Positions 6,465 through 14,566 of a stretch of DNA of 27,994 nt are shown one piece after another (position 1 is the first letter of the stretch; each line of letters begins with the position of its first letter). The position numbers were made by a program, and so were the translations under genes. Origin of the DNA: a virus (Duplodnaviria > Caudoviricetes). The DNA lies in the IMG/VR virus record IMGVR_UViG_3300012041_000056, positions 1 through 27,994 of that record; one strand, given 5' to 3'. The notes under the pieces were generated by a model that saw only the letters and a program-made list of their open reading frames with translations, was not told where the DNA came from and did not search any database.

Positions 6465-7504
6465 ACGAACCAGACGTGCTGCGGCGGCTCGCGCACGAGC
6501 GCGTTGATCAGGCGGTTCTTGTCGTTGAACTGGCAGTGGTGGCACGAGCGCGCGTCGAAGTCGTAACGGCGCGTCGTCGTGAGCCACTTGATGAAGCGCT
6601 GCTCGCGCAGGTCGCCGATCTCGCCGTGCCGGGTGTACGAGGTCGTGCAGCAGCGGTAGACCTTCTGGTCGCCGCCGATGTAGAGGACGAACTGCTGCTC
6701 GCCGCAGAAGGCGTAGTCGGGCGCCTGCTGGCGGAGATCCTCGACGCGGGCGGAGAAGAGGTCGACCACCTTGAAGCGCTCGTCGGCGAACTCCCGCGCC
6801 GCGGCGCGCTGCTTGTCGATCTCGACGGTGATGCCGTCGTAGTAGGCCGCGCCGCGGTGCGAGAACATGGCCGAGAGGCGGATGTACGAGAGGCCGGCGC
6901 CCTTGACGAGGGCCGTCGCTGCGATGATCTCCCGGTAGTTTTCCCGGGTGACGACGAAGCCGGCGCCGATGTAGGGGCCGCCCTTGAGCTCGCCGATCTC
7001 CTGGATCGTCCGCACCACGCGGTCGAAGAGCGGACTGCGGCGCGTCGCTTCGTAGGTGCCCGCCCGGGCGGCGTCGAGGCTCACCCGCAACCAGGCGAGG
7101 CGGTCGAGCTCCGGGCGCATCGTGAGGCGGGTGCCGTTGGTCACGAGCCCGGTCTCGAGGCCGAGCCCCTGCGCGTGGGCGAGGATCCGCCAGAACTCCG
7201 GGTGCACGGTGGGCTCGCCGCCGCCGGTGAACTCGATCGCGTTGCAGCCGATCAGGGCGCAGTCGTCGAGGATCTCGAGCGCCTTGGCGGTCGGAATGAA
7301 CCGCGCCGGGTTGCGGTTGCCGCCCTCGGGGAACTGCTCGGCCGAGAAGCCGTCCGCCATGCGGTACGAGCAGAAGTGGCAGTCCTGGTTGCAGAGGTCG
7401 GAGATGACGAAGTGCAGGTGCGTCGGGTTGATGTCGCGCCCGGCGCGAAGGTCGGCGATGCGATCGAGGTGCCAGGCCGCCTTGATCGTCGAGTAGGCGC
7501 TCAC
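6461..7504 (-). CDS. radical SAM enzyme with SPASM/twitch-like C-terminal domain
   Basis: CNQDCHFC (CxxxCxxC), FTGGGEPT, VTNG, RVSLDA; C-terminal FC...VYRCC...IGDL...CHHC. Confidence 0.92.
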   Translation of the reverse strand: MSAYSTIKAAWHLDRIADLRAGRDINPTHLHFVISDLCNQDCHFCSYRMADGFSAEQFPEGGNRNPARFIPTAKALEILDDCALIGCNAIEFTGGGEPTVHPEFWRILAHAQGLGLETGLVTNGTRLTMRPELDRLAWLRVSLDAARAGTYEATRRSPLFDRVVRTIQEIGELKGGPYIGAGFVVTRENYREIIAATALVKGAGLSYIRLSAMFSHRGAAYYDGITVEIDKQRAAAREFADERFKVVDLFSARVEDLRQQAPDYAFCGEQQFVLYIGGDQKVYRCCTTSYTRHGEIGDLREQRFIKWLTTTRRYDFDARSCHHCQFNDKNRLINALVREPPQHVWFV

Positions 7505-8154
7505 GCGGCCACCTTCTCCAGCGCCTCCTCGAGCGCCATCATCGGGAACACCTCGAGCGCGCTCCCTGGCGTGCAGTTGATCACCTCGACCCCGGCGCGC
7601 GCGAGGTGCGCCGGGAGCTCGTTGAACATCGGCAGCATCGCCGCGGCGAAGGCCCGCGGGTGCGTCGGCATCGGGTGCGGGTCGTGCCAGTGCGTCCGAC
7701 CGCCGATCACCCGCATGTCGTAGCCGAGGAGCAGGATCCGCCGCGCGCCGGCGAGCACGGCGAGGTTGATCGCGCCGTATCCGGCGTTACGCCCGTGATG
7801 GATCGCCCCCGGGTCGAGCGAGAGCCCCATCGGCACCCCGGCATCGCGGAGCGCCGTGATGCGCGGGTCGCGCTCGGGGAGCGTGCGGTTCTCGAGGGTG
7901 AAGATCCGCCCGGCGAACGCGCGCCACACCGGGTCGTCGCGATGCCAGGCGAGCCAGCGGAGGTCGTAGAAGAGGTGCAGCTCCGCCCACGGCGCGATCC
8001 GGTAACCGTTGTTGACCGCGATCGTGTGCAGCCCGCGACACCGGTTGACCTGGTCGGGCGTGAGGCTCGGCCCCGAGGCGAAGATCGCACACGTCGCCTC
8101 GGGCTCGGTCCACAGGCGCGGCACCGCGCCCGTCGGCCGCTTGTTAGGCCGCAT
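7501..8154 (-). CDS. DUF115/Maf-like (sialyltransferase-fold) putative glycosyltransferase
   Basis: IFASGPSL, IAVNN, NAGYGAINLA, ILLLGYDM, HWH, VINCTPGSAL motifs typical of MAF_flag10/MptE-like proteins. Confidence 0.75.
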   Translation of the reverse strand: MRPNKRPTGAVPRLWTEPEATCAIFASGPSLTPDQVNRCRGLHTIAVNNGYRIAPWAELHLFYDLRWLAWHRDDPVWRAFAGRIFTLENRTLPERDPRITALRDAGVPMGLSLDPGAIHHGRNAGYGAINLAVLAGARRILLLGYDMRVIGGRTHWHDPHPMPTHPRAFAAAMLPMFNELPAHLARAGVEVINCTPGSALEVFPMMALEEALEKVAA

Positions 8155-8845
8155 CGCTCGCCCACTCGCGCGCCTGGTAGGTCGTTCCGCCGTCGATCGT
8201 CATGACCTCGATGATGTTGAGCGCGTTCGGGAGCGTGACGAGCGGCGGCGGCGAGGCGAGCGGCGCCCACTGCAGCGCGGCCGGCCAGGTCACCGCGCGG
8301 CCGCCGGTCGCGTCCTGCTTGAGGTAGATCACGAACCGGTGCGCCCGGATCGGCGCGCTCGCCGGGTTGGTGAAAGTGATCGCGCAGTCGGCGGTGAGCG
8401 TGAGGTTGAACACCTCGGCGAGTCGGAGGTCGATCGCGTAGGCGGAGCTCGTGTTCGCGGTGACGATGTGCTGGCGCGGGTCGTGCGCCCACGGGCGGAA
8501 ATCGGTCCACGACGTCGGCCCGGTCGTATTCGTCACGACGGTGTACAGCGGCGTCTTGTCGGCGCTGAATGCCGAGGTGTTGACGCTGACGGTGCCCTGG
8601 CCGTTCGCCTCGACGTAGTTTGTCTGGCTCGCTGTCAACGCTACGGTGCCGTTCGCGATGTCGGTCGGCGTGCCGCGCACGAGGATCCGGCCCCCGAAGT
8701 ATCCCCAGGTGAGCCCGCTCGAGGTCGAGTCGCGCCGCCCGAAGCACGCCGCCTGCGAGAGTGCATCGAAGAGCGCATTCGCCCGCTCTTCCATGTTCGC
8801 CTGTGTCTCGGCGAGCAGGTCGAGCTTTGTCGTGAAGTCGCTCAC
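8144..8845 (-). CDS. tail fibre / receptor-binding protein (233 aa)
   Basis: GTG 8845; GLTWGYFGG N-terminal region and C-terminal beta-sandwich (TFTNP...LKQDATGGRAVTWP...TIDGGTTY) typical of tail-fibre ends; follows the tail tip gene. Confidence 0.75.
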   Translation of the reverse strand: MSDFTTKLDLLAETQANMEERANALFDALSQAACFGRRDSTSSGLTWGYFGGRILVRGTPTDIANGTVALTASQTNYVEANGQGTVSVNTSAFSADKTPLYTVVTNTTGPTSWTDFRPWAHDPRQHIVTANTSSAYAIDLRLAEVFNLTLTADCAITFTNPASAPIRAHRFVIYLKQDATGGRAVTWPAALQWAPLASPPPLVTLPNALNIIEVMTIDGGTTYQAREWASDAA

Positions 8846-9150
8846 CGGCCGATTTCCTCGAACAGGAACGCGAGCTGGTCGGCTTCGCGGCGTTTCTTGT
8901 TGGGATCTTTCCCGCAGCGGGCGGTGAGAAAACTGCGCAGAGCCTTCGGCTCGATGCGCGCCGCCTTCGCCGCGGCTTCGATTGCCGCCGCCAGTGCATC
9001 GCGCGCCTCGCCCGCATCGGTGTAGAGGTCCACGAGCTCGCCGAGCCGGGCGCGGATCACGTCGCAATCAATCGGGCCGAGCGCGGCGCCCACTTGAGCG
9101 TTGATCTTCGCGGCGACGTCCTCGCCGATCACAATCGTCGGTGCGTTCAT
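8842..9150 (-). CDS. small alpha-helical protein, possibly GapR/DUF2312-like DNA-binding
   Basis: GAAGGA RBS; IRARLGELVDL...AIEAAAKAARIEPKALRSFLTAR...KKRREADQL helical pattern. Confidence 0.55.
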   Translation of the reverse strand: MNAPTIVIGEDVAAKINAQVGAALGPIDCDVIRARLGELVDLYTDAGEARDALAAAIEAAAKAARIEPKALRSFLTARCGKDPNKKRREADQLAFLFEEIGR

Positions 9151-9165
9151 TATCCTTCGCTCCTC

Positions 9166-12100
9166 TTAAGCCTGCGTGCGTTGCGCGACGAGCGGAAACC
9201 CCTCGCCCACCGCCTCGGAGATCTGCGTCACCACCACGCCGACCCGCGTCGCGGCGACGCCACCCTGCTCGGCCAGCGTGAGGGTGTCAGTGAGGCTCGC
9301 GAGCGTCCGCTCGGCGAGTTTCTTCGACAGTCGGCCCGAGGCTGAGGAGAGCGTCGTCGTGCGGCCGCGCGTGTCGATGTTGATGTAGAACTGGTCGACC
9401 GCCGCGACGCCAACGACCTCGCCCCACGTGTCCGCGAGGAAAGTGAGATTCGAGGCGCTGAAAATGTACACCTCGTCGCCGACCGAAAAACCGTGCGACC
9501 CCGATACCTCAATCAGCGTCGTCTCGCCGTAAGTCACGGCGCCGATCACCTTCTCGTTCGCCCCGAACCAGCGGATCACGTACTGCTCGTAACTCTCGTT
9601 GAGCGGAACATCGCCGCTGCCCGCCCACTGCCCGTTGTAGCGGGTGCGCCGCGAGCCCTCGAACTCCCACTCATCGTTTAACTCGTCGCGCACCAGTACG
9701 TCGAGCACCGGCGATCGCGGCTTGAGTCGCACGCAGTTGAAGCGCTCGAGGATCGCCGGCGTGCGGCTGATGAGCTCGTTGAACCCGACCGCTTTCCAGT
9801 AGCGGTCGAGGCCGATCTCGCCCTGGCCGAGCGCCATATTAAACACCGAGCCGCCGGTGCGCAGAATCACGAACTGCTCGCCGCCGAGATGCAGCCGGCA
9901 CTCGTGCTCGGTTCCGAGGCGGCCGCGGCGAAGGCCCGTCAACCGGAAGGTATTGCCCGAGTAGCCGGTCACATGCCGAAACTGCACGATCTCGCGGCCG
10001 ACCACGGCGATGTTGGCGTTCGAGTCGAGGCAGTCGTCGTAACTCGCCTCCTCGATCGACCCGCCGAGGAGGAATAGCTCGATCGCGTTGCCTTCGTCGC
10101 TCACGTGCGGGTTCGCGTGGTCGCCGAGGATGTTGACGCACCACCCGGCCGCGGCGATCGTCGTCGCGAGCGCCTTCTGCTCGTAGGTGACGTCGTCGGC
10201 GCTGCGGTAGACGAGCGCCCCGTCCGTCTCGAAGTCCGACGAGATCGCGCCGTACACGCCGGGGTGATCGTCCTCTGGCCGCAGGATCGGAATGTCGAGC
10301 ACGAAGAGCTCCGGCGGTACCGGGATCGTCACCGTCGACTCGGGCTCGCGCGGCGTCTCCGCCACCGGGTTGAAGTCGTAGTCGCCGTGGTCCTCGTTGA
10401 CCCCTTCCCAACTGATCCGCATCCCGTCGTCGTTGCGCTTCACCAGGCGCACGCGGTGGTTCGTGCGCTCGCCGACGATGTCGATCACATCGGTCGGCTC
10501 GAGCTCGGCGTACTCGTAGGACGTGCGAAACGACACGCGCTGCCGCTCGCGCCACATCGCGAAATGATTCGTGTCGGCGATGCGCTTCGCCGCGGCGTTC
10601 GTCAACACGATCGGGAGCTCGATCGTTTCGACCCGGTCGGATGTCCCGATCAGACGCCGCGACGGCTGCGTGCCGACCAGGTAGTCGGTATCGCGGTCGA
10701 TGAACACGACCCGCAGCTCGCGCGGGAGGTCGACGTCCTGCATGCGTACGACATTCACCGCCGGCGGCACTGGCTCCCCGAACGCGTGCGCGGCGAGCTC
10801 GGCGTGGTCGATCTCGAGGGCCGGCGACTGCCCGCGGCTCACGAACCTGAGGAGCGTCCCAGTGTCGACCTCGTCATAGAAAAATGCCCACTGTAGCTGC
10901 TGTATGCACGCGCGCCCACTCGAGGGCGAGCCGATGATGTACCCCGGCACCGTGTCGTCGGTGAGCTCGGTCGTCTGGATTTCCGAGGGATCCATCCCGC
11001 AGAGCTCGCAGATCTCCGCGTTGAGATCGCGCAGGCTGTAGCCGTCGCGGGCGAGCTGGTCGTACGGGACAGCGCGCACGCCCGAGCCGGCATAGATGAC
11101 CTTCTGCCGGGTGATCGCGAACCGCGAGAAGTAGTATGAGCCGAGGTTCGCCGATTCGCCGGTCCATTCGTGCATGAGCTCGGCCTCGGCATCGGCGATG
11201 CGCCAGAGTTGAATCTCCGATGTCGACTTGAGCGCGTAGATGACGCCGTCCTCGTCGCGCGCCATCGACCACCCGCGCGTCGCCACTGGATACCCCGGGC
11301 CGATCGAAAACTGGTTGAGGAGAGCCCCGCTCGACTCGTCCCACGTGTAGAGCTCGCCCGTAAGATTGTCGACCGCGTAGATCACGCCCTCGGTCGGCGA
11401 GTGCATGAACGCCCGGCAGTCGGGCAGCTCGCCCGAAACCTTGACGAGCCCGCTCGAAGTCTCGGCGATCGGCACGTAGGCGAGGCCCCGCACCTCGCCG
11501 AGCCAGTACGTGAATTCGCTCCCCGTAGCCGCGGTGTCGACGCCGAGGCACGTCTCCTGCTCGCTCACATCGAGCACGAATCCGCCGCCCCCGTAGATCG
11601 GCGGGCCGCCGATCACCTGCACCGGGAAAGCGTACTCGTCGACCATCCCGAGCCGGCTCGTGACGCCGTTGTCGAAGTTGCCCATCACGAACACGCGGCC
11701 GCCGCCCGGGCGCGAAACCATGACGCCCTCGAACTGCGAGCCGACGATCGCGCGCTCGCCGATCTTCCGGCCGCGCTCGAAGATGAGGAGTTTGTTATCC
11801 GGGCGCGCGACCGCGATCACTTTCCCGCGCTGCGTGAGGCCGTACGCGCCGGTAATGTTGTCGCTCGGGGCGCTCACGTAGCGATCACCGTACGACGTCA
11901 TTACGTCCGCCGGATTGCCGCCCTGCCAGTAGACCGAGCGCCCGTCGCGGCCGACGACCGGCTGATCCGACCCGGCCATCGACACGCCGTTGAGCGCCGG
12001 CAGCGTGAGGAATGACGAGGTGGACCCCGAACCGCCGGTGCGCACCACCTCGAACGTGAGATTAGGGATCCCGCGCTCGGCCGACACCTCGAAATTCGTG

Positions 12101-12687
12101 AGGCTGATGCCGGCGATGCCGACGTACCCCGGCACGTTGCCGACGCCGCGCAGCGCCTCGAAGGTCGGGTCGGGCAACTGGTCCGACGTCCCGCGGTAGA
12201 ACCGGATCGTGCTTGCGATGTCGTACGATTGGGCGAGGGTGAAGTGGTCGACCGTCTCGCCGGCGTCGAAGATGAGACGCCCGTCCTGCCAGATCCGCCG
12301 AAACCCGTCGATGCCGTCGGCGCCGCCCATGCACACGGCGATCCAGAGGTCGACGTGGTACACGAAAATCTCGGTGGTCGCCTTCTGGCCGCCGCCGCCC
12401 TTGCCGCCGACCTCCTCCTCGATGACGATCGACGACTCGCGGATGTCCGAGGCGTTGATGATGTTGCCGGCGAGGCGCACCGTGCCGAACACATGCGGGA
12501 TCATCGAGCCGTACGCGCTCGACTGCACCGTCAGATCATTGAGGCGCGGGCCCTGGTTCTTGATGTCCGGTTTTTTCTCCGGGAACAGGAACCCGCCGAG
12601 CGCCGCGCCGACAGACCAGCCGAGCGACGCGTAGCCGAACACGCTCCCGACGCCGGCGCCGACGAGTCCGAGTGCGAGCTGCGCCAT
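9166..12687 (-). CDS. tail tip / host-specificity protein (GTA-like megatron type), 1173 aa
   Basis: GPRLNDLTVQSSAYGSMIPHVFGTVRLAGNI, FYRGTSDQLPDP, IPNLTFEV, DLPRELRVVFID, EIVQF...LTGLRRGRLGTE motifs. Confidence 0.9.
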   Translation of the reverse strand: MAQLALGLVGAGVGSVFGYASLGWSVGAALGGFLFPEKKPDIKNQGPRLNDLTVQSSAYGSMIPHVFGTVRLAGNIINASDIRESSIVIEEEVGGKGGGGQKATTEIFVYHVDLWIAVCMGGADGIDGFRRIWQDGRLIFDAGETVDHFTLAQSYDIASTIRFYRGTSDQLPDPTFEALRGVGNVPGYVGIAGISLTNFEVSAERGIPNLTFEVVRTGGSGSTSSFLTLPALNGVSMAGSDQPVVGRDGRSVYWQGGNPADVMTSYGDRYVSAPSDNITGAYGLTQRGKVIAVARPDNKLLIFERGRKIGERAIVGSQFEGVMVSRPGGGRVFVMGNFDNGVTSRLGMVDEYAFPVQVIGGPPIYGGGGFVLDVSEQETCLGVDTAATGSEFTYWLGEVRGLAYVPIAETSSGLVKVSGELPDCRAFMHSPTEGVIYAVDNLTGELYTWDESSGALLNQFSIGPGYPVATRGWSMARDEDGVIYALKSTSEIQLWRIADAEAELMHEWTGESANLGSYYFSRFAITRQKVIYAGSGVRAVPYDQLARDGYSLRDLNAEICELCGMDPSEIQTTELTDDTVPGYIIGSPSSGRACIQQLQWAFFYDEVDTGTLLRFVSRGQSPALEIDHAELAAHAFGEPVPPAVNVVRMQDVDLPRELRVVFIDRDTDYLVGTQPSRRLIGTSDRVETIELPIVLTNAAAKRIADTNHFAMWRERQRVSFRTSYEYAELEPTDVIDIVGERTNHRVRLVKRNDDGMRISWEGVNEDHGDYDFNPVAETPREPESTVTIPVPPELFVLDIPILRPEDDHPGVYGAISSDFETDGALVYRSADDVTYEQKALATTIAAAGWCVNILGDHANPHVSDEGNAIELFLLGGSIEEASYDDCLDSNANIAVVGREIVQFRHVTGYSGNTFRLTGLRRGRLGTEHECRLHLGGEQFVILRTGGSVFNMALGQGEIGLDRYWKAVGFNELISRTPAILERFNCVRLKPRSPVLDVLVRDELNDEWEFEGSRRTRYNGQWAGSGDVPLNESYEQYVIRWFGANEKVIGAVTYGETTLIEVSGSHGFSVGDEVYIFSASNLTFLADTWGEVVGVAAVDQFYINIDTRGRTTTLSSASGRLSKKLAERTLASLTDTLTLAEQGGVAATRVGVVVTQISEAVGEGFPLVAQRTQA

Positions 12688-13113
12688 CTAGTACTCGACT
12701 CCGGGGATCAGGTAGCGCGCGACGATCCGGCGCCGCATCTCGTCGTCGAGGCGGTGCTCGACCACCTTGCCGAACCGCCACGTGCTGTGAATGATCGTTG
12801 GCCCGTACACCTGCTCGGCCATGATCGCGAGGTGCCGCGGCCGCGCGTCGCCATCCATCCTGATGCGCGCCACGCCGCCGACGTGAAAGCCGAACGTGCG
12901 CACCAGGTGCTCGTCGCAGAGCGCCGCGAGCGCGTCATCGTCGGGGAGCCGCTTGTAGCCCCGGATGTCGAACTTCGTGAGCCCGAGGTCGTGCGCCACG
13001 CGGATGAGGAGGCCCGCGCAGTCAAGGCCCTCCTTTCGGCTCCGGCCCTGGTGGCGGAATGGCACGTCGATATACGCGCGCGCCGCGGCGACCACCTCGG
13101 CGGCGGGCGTCAC
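12688..13113 (-). CDS. NlpC/P60 tail-associated peptidase
   Basis: GTG 13113; ARAYIDVPFRHQGR...GLDCAGL...HLAI...IIHS (Cys-His catalytic motif). Confidence 0.9.
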   Translation of the reverse strand: MTPAAEVVAAARAYIDVPFRHQGRSRKEGLDCAGLLIRVAHDLGLTKFDIRGYKRLPDDDALAALCDEHLVRTFGFHVGGVARIRMDGDARPRHLAIMAEQVYGPTIIHSTWRFGKVVEHRLDDEMRRRIVARYLIPGVEY

Positions 13114-13955
13114 TGCACGCCTCGCGTGAGCCGATCCATCCCGGGCACGTAGGGAAACCCGCCGAACTTCGGCCCGTTCGCGAACTTGCCGACGCAGTCG
13201 AGCAGGAACCGCTTGCCGCACCCGGGGTGGATCGCGAACGAGTCGCCGACGGCGATCGTGTAGGGCATCGGCTCGACCAGGACGATCGCGCCGCCGGCAG
13301 TGTGCTCCTTCACTTCCATCGAGCGGCCGGTGTTCTCGCACCCGCTTTGCCAGGTGACGAGCCCGTAATCGTAGTACGTCGCCGCGGCGGCGAGGCTCGA
13401 GGCGACGAAGGTACGGCGATCGGTGGCGGAAGTGACGAGTGCGTCGGTGGTGAGGAGCGCGAGGTCGACCGCGCACAACGCGTTGCCGAGGTCGTGCCGG
13501 CATCCGGGGTGGTAGAGCGTCCCGATCGTCTGCTGCAGTTGCTGCGCAAAGCCGCGGATTTCAGCGGCGAACCGTGAGCGATCCTGGCGTACTTCCCCGA
13601 TTCGACCGCCGGCGAGCGTCATATGCCCCATCGACGTGTCGGCCCAGTTGAGGACGAAGATCTCCACCGCCGCGCCGTCCCACAGGCCGGTTAGCAGATC
13701 CTCCTCGGTGAGCACGGCGCCGTCGAGAACGCCGGCGGCCTCCTGGTTCGCGACCGCGAGATCGGAGCCCGCCACCATCGCGCTCCGGGTGAACCCGGTG
13801 CGGGCGGCGTAGGTGACGCCCACGTAGTCGATGTCACGCGATGCGGTGGTGAAGCCGTAGATCCGGCCGTCCAGGCGCGAGAGCTTCCAGTTGAAGCAGA
13901 GGGTCGTCGAGCGCGAGCGTAGGTGCGCAAGGAGCGCCGGGGAAACGGTCTTCAC
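13110..13955 (-). CDS. DUF2163/BR0599-family baseplate hub protein
   Basis: WKLSRLDGRIYGFT, GLWDGAAVEIF, C...LG...C, PGCGKRFLLDCVGKFAN..FGGFPYVPG Cys motif. Confidence 0.9.
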   Translation of the reverse strand: MKTVSPALLAHLRSRSTTLCFNWKLSRLDGRIYGFTTASRDIDYVGVTYAARTGFTRSAMVAGSDLAVANQEAAGVLDGAVLTEEDLLTGLWDGAAVEIFVLNWADTSMGHMTLAGGRIGEVRQDRSRFAAEIRGFAQQLQQTIGTLYHPGCRHDLGNALCAVDLALLTTDALVTSATDRRTFVASSLAAAATYYDYGLVTWQSGCENTGRSMEVKEHTAGGAIVLVEPMPYTIAVGDSFAIHPGCGKRFLLDCVGKFANGPKFGGFPYVPGMDRLTRGVQ

Positions 13956-14566
13956 GGCTCGAGCAGCTCGATCAGCCCGAGGTTGTTCCAGTTGATCACG
14001 TCGGGCTCGATCACGATGAAGTCGGGCTTGTCGCGATCGAACCGGACCGGGGTGTAGAACTCGCCCGACCAGGCCGTCGGCACCACGATCGGCGAGCCGA
14101 CGGTGTAGAGCGCCCCCGTCGTGTACTCGATGATGTAGTGCGCGCCCTCGACCATCACGAACGCGCCCGAGTAGACGACGATCGTGCCCTGGTCGGGCTT
14201 GTAGATGATCCGGTCGTGGGTGTAGCCGTCGTCGTCGGCGTAGCGCTTGACGAACTGGTAGCCCGAGGGCGAGCCGTCGGCGGCGTCGAACACGCCCTCG
14301 GTGGCGCTCGCCTCGAAGTCGATCGGATCCTTCACCAGGAACCCGAACTTCATGCCGCGGCGGGCGCGGAAAAATGCGAGCAGCCTCTTGGTGCGCTCCG
14401 CGTCCTTGCCGGTGTAGCCCGACTGCATCAAGACGCGCGCGTCCTGGCGCATCTCGTTCCGGAACTCGTGCCCGCCTTCGAGTACCTCGACCTCGGTCGC
14501 GAACTCCGGGCCGCCGGTGAACCCGAGGGCGAGGTCGCTCGGGAGGACGACGTTGTGGATCGTCAC
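13952..14566 (-). CDS. DUF2460/TIGR02217 distal tail protein
   Basis: GGPEFATEV...GGHEFRN, FFRARRG...GFLVKDPID, GEFYTPVRFD. Confidence 0.9.
   Translation of the reverse strand: MTIHNVVLPSDLALGFTGGPEFATEVEVLEGGHEFRNEMRQDARVLMQSGYTGKDAERTKRLLAFFRARRGMKFGFLVKDPIDFEASATEGVFDAADGSPSGYQFVKRYADDDGYTHDRIIYKPDQGTIVVYSGAFVMVEGAHYIIEYTTGALYTVGSPIVVPTAWSGEFYTPVRFDRDKPDFIVIEPDVINWNNLGLIELLEP

Noticed and set aside
9166-14566. Gene transfer agent
   Set aside because: Tail tip genes are GTA-like, but integrase, attP, xis-like gene, long tape measure and full lysis cassette indicate a temperate phage.
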